Assembly: GCF_006345805.1 (NCBI RefSeq) | Contig: NW_021837039.1 | Coordinates: 1-64,000, forward strand | Reading direction: 5' to 3' | Length of the DNA: 64,000 nucleotides | Source of the DNA: Octopus sinensis | Lineage: Eukaryota | In this document: positions 26,396-39,823 of the stretch, piece after piece | Layout of the letters: every line of letters starts with the position of its first letter | Position numbering within the stretch: position 1 is the stretch's first letter | Made by a program: the position numbers and the translations under genes | Notes under the pieces: model-generated | The model's database searches: none | What the model saw: only the letters and a program-made list of their open reading frames with translations | Told to the model about the DNA's origin: nothing

Positions 26396-28091
26396 TTCCT
26401 TCAACCACTGCTCACTCCATCACCAACAAGTGAAAAAATAACAACGACAACCAAACAAAATGCCGAAATTGCGCAATAATGCAGGACTAAATTACGCAGA
26501 CAATTTTCCACCCCTGCTAGTTGCATAATCAGCAACCACAAACCTACAACCCCACACCCTGCCATCAACACCAACACCACCGGCAGTAACAACAATAACA
26601 AAACAACAACAAACTTCGCCGAGGCGATAAAAAGAAAAAGTAACAAGAGTTTCGTTTACTACACAACAAATAAAAGATTGCAGAAACCTTATCACCAATG
26701 AAAACGGCAAAAATACTCTTACACATACCACAACACATACTGAATGAGGAAAAAAAGAAAACCATTGTTTATAAAATAACAAATAAAAAAACTAAAAGTC
26801 CAGAAAAGGCAAGCACGGACAAAATAGAAAAGTGCCTACGCCCCATCTGGGGATACAAGGATTATGTGACTTGTGGTTTTTCAGAATGAAGAATTGGCGA
26901 AGAAATTCTCAACGATAACCCTTTATTCTGATGAACTAACGATGACACCGAGTTACCTTGGACAGAAGGTGACGAAGGTCATTATCAAGAATGTCCCCCA
27001 AGTAACAACAACACTGTGGATAACATCCGCCATAACATCCGAAATGGAGGACTTAAACATCCTAGATATCGGTGTTGCGAATAACAAGGACTGGCTGGGA
27101 AAGGGAATGGAGTTCCTCTTTCACATAAGTCAAGACGACATCAATAAAATTCCCACCCACGTACATCTTGAGGATAGCCGCAAGTTGTACGTAGTAGTCG
27201 AGGGCAGAAGGCCACGATGCTATACATGTGGCAGTGAGGCACACCTCAAAAAGGAGTCCAAATCTGCCGCTAAATTACAACAACAACAACAGCCACAGGA
27301 AAAACCACAAAAGCAGCATTATTGCCCACACAACAATATGGACGGCTAGTCAAGAAGCTGTAAGCAGAAATGCATGAAAAACAACACAAAACAAGCCAAC
27401 CCAACCAAACAACACCAACACCAGCGCCAAGAACAGAATCATCACCACCAACAACAACTAAACCAATGCCAACACCGAGATAACAACGAAGAAGACAACA
27501 CACCAAGGATATAGGAGAAGACAAAACCCAAACAAACCCACCAGCAACACCCTCCCGCGCCACAACAACAATATTTACAACCGCAACAAAACAGACCCAG
27601 ACCGCTTTACCCTTACCCCTGCTAATTCGTCAGACTTTTCATCTAACGATGAAATGATGAAAGTTCGACAGATGGCAAATAGCCAGAGGGGGGAAAAGAA
27701 AAAGATCAAGAAAAACAAACAAGAAATCGCAACCAAAGCAGGGAGATACCTGAACCTGAAAACTCCATACACACAACCAAACAAGCACCAACACCACAAA
27801 AACACACACAATGCTATCAGCGATAGACACCAAAGACTCCAAACTAATGGGTACGTAATCCCACCCACACAAACATCTGTTGAAGATGACTTTAAAAATA
27901 GCAATCATCCACGCACTACACCACCCAACACATCAAAATACTACACATCACACAAACACAACACACAAACTCAAAGCCCTCTTCCCAAATGTGTAGGGGG
28001 TTTCCAAAAATATCTCTCCCAAAAACTTTATAAAAACCTTCTCGAAGGACACTCAAAAGAACGAGGAAGCCAAAACTTTCGACACAAGTAA
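25870..28091 (+). pseudogene. Tx1 copy A ORF1 (gag-like; frameshifted)
   Basis: ORF 26873-27349 ..IIKNVP..LYVVVEGRRPRCYTCGSEAHL (CX2CX4H knuckle), T/Q-rich linkers, C-terminal VGGFQKYLSQKL conserved with copy D. The start position is inferred. Confidence 0.75.
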
Positions 28092-28145
28092 GTAACTCTC
28101 TGTACCTTCCTTTTTGTGTTTTAAAGCACACACCCCAATAGAATC

Positions 28146-31100
28146 ATGGTCAAGATTGGTTGTGTGAATGCGCGTGGCTTGTGGTCTCCTTGGAAACAAG
28201 GATACCTCCTAAAGACATCAAGTCACATGATTTGAGGAATCATAGCCATAAGTGAGACCAGACTCCACAAGCCACGGGCCCTAAAGTCATGTTTGGCGGA
28301 CAGTTTAACATATTTCGCTCCCTGTCTGCCGAGGATGGGCGGTAGTGGCACCGCGGTACTTTTTCACAAGAGCCTGGATCTCGAAGTCAAGACGATATTC
28401 GTAGACCCGGAGGGTAGACTGATCGTTCTGGATGTCGACGGCAGCAATGGGTGCGCTTTTTCGACTCGTATCAGTCTACGCACCGCCTTTAACAGTGGTC
28501 GGGCGGATTTCTTTCGACGTCTAGAAGTATTCCTGGGAACGTCTCGTCCTTTACTTTTAGTGGGGGGGATGGAATGCTACCTTGGACACACATCTAGACT
28601 ATGTGGGGAGAGACAAAAACAGAAGGGGATGCAAATGCCTCAAGAGACCTGCTCCAGACGATTCCAACTGTCTGACAGGTACCGATTCGACCACCCAAAT
28701 GCACCAACGTGGACATGGAGCAACCGCAGTGGTCGTCGAGATCGTATCTAGATAGGATACTGTGTAGGACAGTAGACAAGGATAACTTAGGATGTCCACA
28801 TTCTACACAGTCAGCTACACGGATCACAAATTGGTGACGTGTTACGCTAGACTTAGATAAGGCACATAGACAGGGTCCTGGGTACTGGAAACTGAACGCA
28901 TCATTCCCGTCCGGACAAGTTTTCAGAGACAGAATCAAACGTTAGTAAAAAGGGCTTTAACGGGAGCCATTGTCAACAACAAATGGTGGTTCACCCTCAA
29001 GAGAGCAGTAAGCGGAGCAATTAGAGTATAGCAAGCACTAGCAGGTAGATAGAAAGAGAGTAGAGGGTGAGTTAGTTAAGAAGTTAGAAGGGCAATAAGA
29101 AGTGGCATCACATCCGACGTTTAGCGGCGAGGTTGGCCTTGAACAACACTTAAACGCCCAACAAGAAGGGGTGCTGTCAGGGCTAGGATGCGTGCTCTAA
29201 GGATGGAAAGGTGTTGGAGCCGCGAGGGAGGCCGGGTGGCGGAGGGCGCAGCAGGGCAACAAAGCCACCATTCGGTCTCTGGTAGATGAACAGGGGCGCG
29301 AATTGCTCGAGCCCAGCAAGATGTGCGAGACATTTCAGCGGCACTTTGCCCGACTGTACGGGACGAGTGGTGAGCGTGAACGCAGGGTGGACTTCAGTGC
29401 CTGCCTGCACAGCCTACCACGACTCTCGTCAAGAGAGGCAGAGTGCTGCGAAGGTGCCATCACGGCGGCGGATATGTAGGACGCGATGGCAGAATGCTCA
29501 AGAGACAAATCGCCGGGTTTAGATGGTCTGCCCTACGAGTTTTACAATTGTATGCCAGACTTGTTTGGAGACGTCTTGGCAGCGGTATACTGCAACTGCA
29601 GCAAAACGGGAGCATACCCGGTTTTGTGAGTCGAGGAGCTGTAACTCTGCTGAAGAAAGATCCAAACAGGGGAACATTATAGATAACTTTAGACCAATCA
29701 CTCTGCTCAATGCAGACCTGAAAATTTGACAAAGGTGTTAGCCCAAGAGTTGGTTGCTTGTCATCGAGAAACTGGTCGACAACGCACAAACGTGCGCCGT
29801 GCCGGGCCGGAGCATCCATGACAACCTCCATCTGATGCGCTACATCATAGACAGAGTAGTTAACGAACCTGGCATGGGTGGGGCCCTGATCAACTTGGAT
29901 CAATCGAAAGCTTTCGATAGGGTAGAACATCGATACTTGGAGGCAGTCCTGAGAGCGGCTGGTTTCGGTCCCGTCTTCCGCGGCTGGATAGCTGCCTTAT
30001 ACAGAGGCATCCGTTCGGTAATTCGCGTAAATGGACATCTATCGAGACCTTTCGACATTGAACGTTCGGTCTGTCAGGGATGCCCCCTCTCGGCGCTTCT
30101 ATACGTATTGACTCTTGAGCCACTACTGCGGAAGCTGGCGATTCTGAGGTGCATCCCGCGAGAATTAGGATGCGGGACGAGCGTGTCTGCATACGCGGAC
30201 GACGTCACCATCATAGTGTCAAGCCACACGCACATCGAGCGGGTCGGCGAGACACTGAAAGACTACGAAGCGGTGACAGGAGCAAAAATCAACCGGGAAA
30301 AGTCAGTGGGCTTGCTGCTCGGCACCTGGAGAAGCAAACCCATGCCGTCCACCAGTACCTCCGTCGTGGGACGCTGGACAGACGGCCCGGTTAAGTTGCT
30401 CGGCGTCTGGTTCGGTCCGGACCTCCAAATGGAGAAGAACTGGAACGAGATAACGAGTAGGGTGGTCACTCTCGCCCAGCAATGGGCCGAGAGGAAACTG
30501 TCCCTAAAAGGTCGGGCGGAGGTGGCGAACGCGTACTTCGCGTCCATCATCTAATACCGCCTGACAGTCGTACCTTGTCCCGACCCTACCATCACCAAAC
30601 TAGAACGCATTCTCTTCCGGTTCTTGTGGAAAGGATGCGTCCCGATGGTCAGGCGATCCATTTGCTGTCAACAACCGTTAAAAGGAGGGCTGGGCATGCC
30701 GTGGTTGATGATGTGCAGACACGCGCTGAGACTGCGACATCTCTGGCTCTATGTAGACGACGGTGAACAGGTGTGGTCGCCGTTTGTGAGGCACGCGTTC
30801 CCGCAGCTCGTCTCCATGACCGAACTGCAGTCGTGGATCAAAAAGAGGCCGAGGAAGGGCGAAAGGCACCGCGAGTGTCGCGTTGCTCTCAAGCAACTCT
30901 GCCGTCCCGGGTCGACCTTGAATGACTTCAACACGACCAAAGCATTCTATAGGGGATTAGTGGAGGGGAGGTACGACGACGATCTCGGGGCAAACCTGGG
31001 CGTCGACGAGGAATACCTGACCCGCCTGTTTCAAACGACTTTCGGCCCGGGACCTATAGATAACTTCCAGAGATCCCTGGCCTGGCAGTGCTACCGAGAA

Positions 31101-31577
31101 GCGCTACCCGTTCGGGATAAGCTCTATAGGCATGGCTCGAGAAATACGGGGCCGACCTGCCCGAGATGCGGGCAGAGCGACGAAACCGCTCTGCACGCAA
31201 TCGTGCAGTGTCCAACAATCTCCGACTTGTGGACTTATGTCGAACGACTGCTTTCACGTGTGGGACGTGTCGGTTTATCAGCCGAGTCTATCGTTAATAT
31301 CGTCACGCCTCCTTCCTTCAAACGGGAAGGAAGAGCTATTTTTATCATACTTGTGGCTATGGCGAAAGAATGTATCTGGTGGACGCGCCTGAAAGGATTA
31401 GAGACAAACACTTTCCTCTCTGGTCAATCTCTCATCAACTTCTTCAAGTATCACTTAAAGAGGAAAGTGAGAGTAGAGAGGCAAGTTTTGTCTAGTGAAT
31501 GTTTTAAAAAAAGATGGGTGAATGTAGCAAGGATGGCACGTATGAATGACGAAGCCACTTTCACTATGATTCTATGA
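28146..31577 (+). pseudogene. Tx1 copy A ORF2 (APE endonuclease, reverse transcriptase, CCHC finger)
   Basis: MVKIGCVNARG, SETRL, YTDHK, NFRPITLLNADLKI, LDQSKAFDRV, QGCPLS, YADD, CPRCGQSDETALHAIVQC. Several frameshifts and stops. Confidence 0.93.
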
Positions 31578-31954
31578 ACCGTAAAAATTAATACAGAGAA
31601 TTGCTTATTTGCAAAACAAAAAAAAAGAAATATAACATGTGACTTCATTGACCGAGGTTACTGTGGTCTTTTCCGTAGGCTTTTCTTTCCACGGGTAAAC
31701 CTCACCTGTCCTCCCCTTTACACTTCATATTGACATTTCTGTGATAACGATCCCTATTGATCAATTTTTCTCTCTCCCCCTGTTTTTTTACCCCCTCTTT
31801 TTGTCCTCTTTCTCCTCTTTTACGATTCCTTTTGATCGAACCCCCCCTTTGTTTATTTAAACCCCCAAAAGAAAAGCTCTACCTTGTAATTTATTCTATC
31901 TGTGTGCAGCCCTGTGTGGCTAATAAAGAAACATATCTATCTATCTATCTATCG

Positions 31955-31995
<41 letters not shown>

Positions 31996-32015
31996 ATCCA
32001 TCTATCTATCTATCT

Positions 32016-32052
<37 letters not shown>

Positions 32053-32134
32053 ATTCTACTATCTATCTATATATCTAATATATCTATCTATCTATCTATC
32101 TGTCTATCGATCTATCTATCTATCTATTTATCGA

Positions 32135-35100
32135 CGGACGTGTTGTCACCTCGGCCCCGAAGGTAATCGTTTATTTTGACTATTTATAGCCCATATTTTG
32201 CGTACATTTTTGTAAATAAGGTGTGTAAGGCACCCAACTTTCTTTTGAGTGCTTTTCCAAGGGAGGAATTCACCCCTAGTGGCAGTTTCAACCAATTTTA
32301 TTTTGTGTATTTTTCTTCTCGACATTAAAAAATTTTGAGAAATGTTATTGTAGAACGCTGGTCGCGTTCCTTTATGGACCAGCATTTTCCTAGTCTGGAA
32401 ACGCTAGGAGAAAAAAGAACTTATGCACGCAAAGTGCAAAACTGAATGACGTGGTAGTGAACGCTGCAACCACTTGCGGTAACAGTCCTGTCACCACCAC
32501 CAGCACCACTAACAACAACAACAACGAGACTACTACTGCTACCACCACCAGGTCCACCACCACCACCACCACCACGACCAACTTAAATGATAAAAATGAA
32601 ACCCACGCGAAAATTATTAACAAAAACAACAACAACAACAACAATAAAAATGAAATAAATATTTTACCATCTAATAGTGAAGATATTAATATAAAAGAAT
32701 CAACAACAACAGTAAATTTCGCTGACACTCAGAAAAAAGAAATAATAAAATTTACGAATGAAGAGTTAATAGAAACGAGAGCACTCTTTACAACCCAAGG
32801 GCAGGATTTAGTGCTGCATACACCTCAACACATAAAGCAACAAATAGAAAATAAGGCAATTATATATAAAATTATAAGAAAAAACAAAAAAACAAAATGA
32901 ACAGATTACACAAACGGACATAGAAAAGTGTTTAAGAAACATAATGAAAAAAAAAAGAATATATAAACTGGGGTCCCCAGTTTAATACAGTGGTGGTCCG
33001 CTTCCCTAACAAGGAAGTGGCAAAAGCTCAATCAACGGAGTTTTTGCAAAATGATGAAATCATCATTGTACCATATTACAAAGGCCAGAGAGTGAGTAGA
33101 ATAAGCATTAAAAATGTACCCCACGAGATACCTAACAAATAGATAACAGGGGCAATCTGTTACCATTTGAAAACGATAAACATATTAGAAACCGCCGTGT
33201 ACCTAAACGACAATTGGGGTGGTAAAACAATAGTAGTGACCATCCAGATTGAGGGATCCTCTATCGAGAACCTACCCGATAGGATCCAGCTAGAAAATGG
33301 GCAAAGCGTGGCAACAGATCCACCATTCGGTCTCTAATAGATCAACAGGGATGCAGTTTACTCGAACCCGAAAAGATGTGTGAGGCCTTTCAACAGCACT
33401 TTGCTCCACTGTTCGGTGCGAGTGGTGGGTCAGAACGCGGGATGGATTTTAGTGCCTACCTGACCGACCTGCCGCGGCTCTCGGCAAGAGAAGCGAAGTG
33501 TTATGAAAGTCCCATCACAGCCGCTGACGTGCGGGAGGCGATGGCGGGCTGCATGAAGGATAAGTCGCCTGGATTGGATGGTTTACCCTACGAGCTATAT
33601 TGTCAAATGCCAGACTTGTTTGGCGACCTCTTGGCATCAGTCTACTGCAACTGGTAACAAAACGGGAGAATCCACGGTTTCGTGGGCCGAGGTGCAGTGA
33701 CGTTGCTGAAGAAAGACCCAAACAAGGGGAATTTTATAGATAATTCCAGGCCCATCACTCTGCTCAACGCAGATTTGAAAATTTTGGCCAAATTAATAGC
33801 CGAGAGGTTGGTGCTTGTCATTGGTAAACTGCTCGACAGGGCGCAAACATGCGCCGTGCCGGGCAGAACCATACATAACAACCTCCATCTGATGCGCTAC
33901 ATTGTGGACAGGGTAGTTAAGGATCCTGGCATGGGTGGGGTGCTGATCAATTTGAATCAGTCTAAAGCCTTCGATAGGGTCGACCATCGGTACTTAGCGG
34001 CCGTCCTCAGCGCAGCTGGCTTCGGTCCCGTCTTCCACGGTTGGATCTCCGCCTTGTATAGCGGCATCCGATCGGTGATTCGGGTGAACGGTCACCTGTC
34101 GAAACCGTTTGACATCACGCGTTCGGTCCGTCAGGGGTGTCCCCTGTCGGTGCTTCTGTATGTATTGACTCTCGAGCCGCTACTGCGGAAGCTGGCGACA
34201 CTGAGGGGCATCCCACGGGAACTGGGTTGCGGGACGAGCGTGTCGGCATATGCGGACGATGTCACCGTCATGGTATCGAGCGACAAACACATCAAGATGA
34301 TAGGCGAAACACTAAGATAATACGAAACGGTGATGGGAGCGAAGATTAACACGGAAAGGTCAGTGAGTTTGCTACTTGGCACCTGGAGAAGCAAGCCCAT
34401 GTGGGACGCTGGACGGACGGACCGGTTAAATTGCTCGGGGTCTGGTTCAGTCCGGACCTCCAAATGGATAAGAACTGGGACGAGATCACGAGTAGAGTGG
34501 TCGCTCTCAGCCAAACATGGGCCGAGAGAAAGCTGTCTCTAAAAGGCCGGGCGGAGGTGGCGAACGCAAACATCACATCCGTCATCGATTACCACCTGAC
34601 CGTCGTACCTTGTCCCGACGCCACCATAAACCAAACTGGAACGCCACCTCTTCCGCTTCCTATGGAAGGGTGGCGTTCCGATGGTGAGGAAGTCCATTTG
34701 CTGTCAAAATCCGTTGAATGGAGGACTGGGCATGCCGTGGTTGATGATGCGCAGGCATGCGCTGAAACTGCGACATCTCTGGAACTTCATCGACGACGGT
34801 GAACAGGTGTGGGCGCCGTTTGTGAGGCACGCCTTCCCGCAGCTCGTCTCACTGACCGAACTGGAAACGTGGATCAAGAAGGGACCGAAACTGGGCGATT
34901 GGCACCGAGAGTGTCGCCAAGCTCTACAGCAGCTCTGCCAACAGTGGTCAAACTTGTGCAACTTACAAACGACTAAAGCGTTCTATAGAGGACTAGTGGA
35001 GGGGAGGTCCGACGACACACTCGGGGAAAACCTGGGCGTCGACGAGGAATTCCTAACCCGCCTGTTCAGGACGACGTTCGGGCTGGGGCCTATGGATGAC

Positions 35101-35901
35101 TTCCAGAAATCCCTTGCTTGGCAGTGCTATCGAGATGCACTACCTGTTCGAGAGAAGGGCTACAGGCACGGTTCGAAAACCATCACCGGACCGACCTGCC
35201 CGAGATGCGGTCATAGCGACGAAACCGTTCTGCACGCACTCGTGCAGTGTCCAAGTATTTCAGAGCTGTGGACCTTCGTCGAACAGCTGTTGTCACGTGT
35301 AGGTCGGGCCCGCCTATCGGCCGAGTCTATCGTGAATATTGTTCCACCACCTTCCTTTAAACGGGAAGGGAAAACGGTTTTCGTTACGCTGAGCTATGGC
35401 GAAAGAATGTGTGTGGTGGACGCGTTGAAAGGACTGCAAACAAACACCTTCCTCTCTGGTCAGTCTCTCGTCAACCTTTTCAAGTACCACTTGAAAAGGA
35501 GGATGAGAATCGAGGGGAAGGCTTTGTCGAACGAATGTTTTAATAAAAAGTGGGTAAAAGTGTCAAAAATGGTCAGTATGAAAGACGACACTATTTTAAG
35601 CATAAATCTGTAACCAAAAGAAACAACGAGAAGTAAGGCGACTTACTCATGTGTTCATTTTCGAACTGTCTGAGGTGACCTTGGTCTTTTTTGTAGGTTT
35701 TTCTTTCCAAGGCTACACCTAAACCGTGAACTTTATATATATATATATTGCTTTTTTATACACCACACAACCCACAGATCCCTATTGATGAAACGTTTTT
35801 TTTTTGTGCCCCACCCATTCCACCTCGAAAATAAAAAATTCTACATTGTATTTCGTCCATTTTTTATTCTGTGTTTAGCCCTGTGTGGCTACAGTAAAAA
35901 G
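32135..35901 (+). mobile_element. Tx1 copy B (subfamily 2), both termini intact, ~1.9-kb internal deletion
   Basis: Same 5' terminus. ORF1 joins post-endonuclease ORF2 at 33307/33308 (agc microhomology). RT ORF 33682-34320 has YADD; ORF 34681-35613 has CCHC. Flanked by (TCTA)n. Confidence 0.92.
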
Positions 35902-35949
35902 TTATCTATCTATCTATCTATCTATATTCTATCTATCTATCTATTTATC

Positions 35950-35980
<31 letters not shown>

Positions 35981-35988
35981 CTATTTAT

Positions 35989-36076
<88 letters not shown>

Positions 36077-36077
<1 letters not shown>

Positions 36078-37168
36078 GCGAGTGTCGCGTTGCTCTCAAG
36101 CAACTCTGCCGTCCTGGGTCAACCTTGAGTGACTCCATCACAACCAAAGCATTTTATTGGAGATTAGTGGAGGGGAGGTACGACGACGAGCTTTGGGCGA
36201 ACCTAGACGTCGACGAGGAATACCTGACCCGCCTGTTCAGGACGACTTTCGGGCCAGGACCCATGGACAACTTCCAGAGATCCCTGGCCTGGCAGTGCTA
36301 CCGAGAAGCGCTACCTGTTCGGGATAAGCTCTACAGACACGGCTCGAGAAACACGGGGCCGACCTGCCCGAGATGCGGTCAGAGCGACGAAACCGTTCTG
36401 CACGCACTCATTTATTGGCCAACCATTTCCGACCCGTGGGCTTATGTCGAACAACTGCTGTCACGTGTGGGACGAGTCGGTTTATCAGCTGAGTCTATCG
36501 TCAATATTGTCACGCCTCCTTCCTTCAAACGGGAAGGAAGAGCTATTTTCATCATCCTTGTGGCTATGGCGAAAGAATGTATCTGGTGGACGCGTCTGAA
36601 AGTTGGAGACAAACACTTTCCTCTCTAGTCAACCTCTCATCAACTTCTTCAAGTATCACTTGAAAAGGAATTGAGAGTAGAGAGGCAAGTTTTGTCTAGC
36701 GAACGTTTTAAAAAAGATGGCTGAATGTAGCAAGGATGGCACGTATGAATGACGAAGCCACCTTGAGCATAATCCTATGAACCCAGAAATTGAAAACAGA
36801 GGGTTACCCACTTGCAAACAAATGTGGTAACATATAACAATATTGACCAAGGTTACCGTGGTCTTTTTCGTAGGCTTTTCTTCCCACGGACAAACCTTAC
36901 TTGCTTTCCCCTTTACACCATACATCATGACACTGTGATACACGATCCCTATTGATCGCTTTCTTTTCCTCTTCCCCTTTTTTCCTCCTTTTTCTTCTTT
37001 TTCATTTTTCTTTTCTTTTGTTCGTTTTCCCTTTTTTTTCTTTTCCTTTTTTTTGTTCTTTTTTCCCTTTTACGATCCCTTTTGATCGAAAACCTACGCC
37101 ACCCTTTTTTTTTCATCCCCCAAAAGAAAAGCTCTACCTTGTAACTTGTCCCATCTGTGTGCAGCCCT
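36077..37168 (+). mobile_element. Tx1 copy C (subfamily 1), 5'-truncated
   Basis: Begins directly after (TCTA)n at cgcgagtgtcgcgttg, closely matches 30871-31910, and ends at gcagccct|tatcta, lacking the last ~20 nt. Confidence 0.92.
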
Positions 37169-37195
37169 TATCTATCTATCTAACTTATCTATCTG

Positions 37196-37267
<72 letters not shown>

Positions 37268-37333
37268 CCTACCTACCTATCTACCTACCTATCTATCAAG
37301 CTAGCTAGTTATCTATCTATCTATCTATCTATC

Positions 37334-37405
<72 letters not shown>

Positions 37406-37517
37406 CTTTATCTAGCTATCTATCAATACATCAGTTTGTCCGTCTGTCTGTCTGTCTGTCAGTCTACCTGCCTGTCTGTCTGTCTATCTTTCTAGATATT
37501 TGTATTTAAGCAATTAT

Positions 37518-37550
<33 letters not shown>

Positions 37551-37739
37551 CCTGCATGTGCGCCGCTGCACTTGTGTTTATATCGACTTATAATGGAAGC
37601 AATTTTACATTAAACTGAAAAATTACTTAATACGTTTCTGAAGAGTAAATATTTGTTATAGTTTTTCAAGAGGGGTGGTCCAACGACGGCTTGCAATCCG
37701 AAGCATCAGCTTCACCGTCACCATCTTCTTGTATATATA

Positions 37740-37951
37740 GGTACTACTTGAGAACGGTGGTCCCGGTGCGCGCATTACGGTAGTCGCGCATCCGCGCTAG
37801 CTAGTCGTGACTAGTCGATGCTACAACGACTACTTAGCAAAGTAAATAAAACACAAAAACTCAAAGTAAACATCGACTAATCATGATTAGCTAGCGAGGA
37901 TGCACGAGTACGCGAGTGCGCGCACCGGGACCATTCTTCTCAAGTAGTACC
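37740..37951. mobile_element. Palindromic MITE-like element, copy 1
   Basis: Terminal inverted repeats ggtactacttgagaa..tggtcccggtgcgcgca / tgcgcgcaccgggacca..ttctcaagtagtacc, with an inner palindromic gctagtcgtgactagtcg block. Confidence 0.85.
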
Positions 37952-38055
37952 ATATATACATATATATGTGTATATATATGTATGTATATATACATATATA
38001 TATATATACATACATATATTCATGTATATATATGTGTGTGTGTGTATGTGATGCA

Positions 38056-38094
<39 letters not shown>

Positions 38095-39073
38095 GCACAC
38101 ACACGCGCATCACAGTATCTACCATGCCGTCAGATGCTGCTATACTTTGCTGGTCATAGCACGCTTCTAATTTTGTCTTCATTGCGCCATTCACTTCCAT
38201 ACTGACCCGAATTGCCTGACTAAAATATCTTCCCAGCCTCGTAGAGAGCCTCGAAGTGGGTCCGTCTTTTGTCTGTGCTCACTTAATGATATTCCTTCCA
38301 ATGAATCATCCCGTGAGCCTTTGCGTCGATAGATGCTGTATCCTCTTCTTAGTAGCGCACGTCTCACTTGCGTATCAGAGTCTTTGCACGTATGGCATTG
38401 TTTAGCTTTGGTACGCACCCTTTTTTTCAGTTAAATGCCTTCCATTCTGCTCTTTTTCTCTTTGAGATTCTAGCATTCATATTTCGGGGCATATTCACTG
38501 TGTGCACAAAGTAAACGTATTCATTTACCTCTTCCATTTCATTGCTTCTTACATCTCTCCTGCCTTATGCTACGTCTTCCGACTGCATATATTTTGTTTT
38601 CATATGGCTCGTTTAAAGGCCAACAGTTAAGCTCTAAGTGTTCAGCTCTGACAGCATGGACTGTAGCTAATCTGTGGTTTCTGCAAAAAGAAGCGTGTTA
38701 GTTGCTCGCCATTGATATTCACACCACCTGTCCAGTCGATCTTCTTAATGATCATTCCTAGACAAGCAGTAAAGATCTTTGGAGAGATGTTTTTTTCCTG
38801 CTCGACACCCTACTTGAGGATTCCTGTTGTTCGTGATAGCAGAGTTATACCTGTTGTGCATTCAGAGATCGCATCACTGAGCGGTTTGATTTATTACGCT
38901 TCTACACCTTGCGTTTCCAGAGATTTCAATACTACTCTGATCTCGACACTAATGAAAGCCTTTTCGTAATCAGCGAAGCCGATACACAGGGGAAGCTGTA
39001 TTCATTCACTCGTCCTATGAGCTTTGTTAAAGTGAATACGTGATCAATCATAATATAGGTTTTACGACAGCCT

Positions 39074-39314
39074 ATAAAGGGCGGCGAGCTGGCAGAAACG
39101 TTAGCACACCGGGCGAAATGCGTAGCCGTATTTCGTCTGCCGTTACGTTCTGAGTTCAAATTACGCCGAGGTCGACTTTGCCTTTCATCCTTTCGGGGTC
39201 GATAAATTAAGCACCAGCTACGCACTGGAGTTGATGTAATCGACTCAATCCGTTTGTCTGTCCTTGTTTGTCCCCTCTGTGTTTAGCCCCTTGTGGGTAG
39301 TAAAGAAATAGATC
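39074..39314 (+). mobile_element. SINE family 1 with Tx1-like tail and 12-bp TSD
   Basis: tRNA-like head ggcggcgagctggcagaa..gttctgagttcaaatt. Tail tttgtcccctctgtgtttagccccttgtgggtagtaaagaaa. TSD ttacg(a/g)cagcct at 39062-39073 and 39315-39326. Confidence 0.93.
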
Positions 39315-39558
39315 TTACGGCAGCCTGCTCGCTTTGTTGTCTGTCAGCCCCCGACTTCTTTTAATGGTCTATGACCTTTGGAAACAACTTACAGAGGTGA
39401 GACAAGAGGCATAGAGGGCGATAATTATTTAAAACCTTCTTCATCACTCTTCTTATGAAGCAGCGGGTTATTTGATTCTTTCCTCAGTGAAGGTATTTTA
39501 CAATCTGTCATGTAGTAATTAAAACGTAGAAGGAGAATTTTCCACAGCACTTCACCAC

Positions 39559-39823
39559 GGTACTATTTAAGAAGAGTGGTCCCGGTGCGGGCCCTCGAGT
39601 ACTCGCACATCCGCGCTAGCTAGTCGTGACTAGTCGATCCTACGATTACCTAGCAAAGTAATTAAAATACAAAATAAATATTTTTTTACACAGAGTAAAT
39701 AATTGTTTTATAGAAAGTAAATAAAGTACAAAAACACAAAGTAAGGATCGACTAGTCACGACTAGCTAACGCGGATGCGCAAGTACGCGAGCGCGCGCAC
39801 CGGGACCACTCTTCTTAAATACC
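39559..39823. mobile_element. Palindromic MITE-like element, copy 2
   Basis: Perfect 24-bp inverted repeat tatttaagaagagtggtcccggtg. Same family as 37740. Inserted in the RTE coding sequence. Confidence 0.87.

Larger units (their letters stand above)
25674..31932 (+). mobile_element. Tx1-clade LINE, full-length copy A (subfamily 1), inactivated
   Basis: 5' end cggacgtgctgtcac, ORF1 with RRM-like region and zinc knuckle, ORF2 APE-RT-CCHC, 3' end gccctgtgtggctaataaagaaac. (TCTA)n on both sides. Confidence 0.93.

Noticed and set aside
39567-39819. piggyBac/Kolobok assignment from flanking TTAA
   Set aside because: The inverted repeat extends beyond TTAA (GGTACTA..) at both ends of copy 1 and the left end of copy 2, and copy 1 has TTGA/TCAA, so TTAA appears internal and not a TSD.
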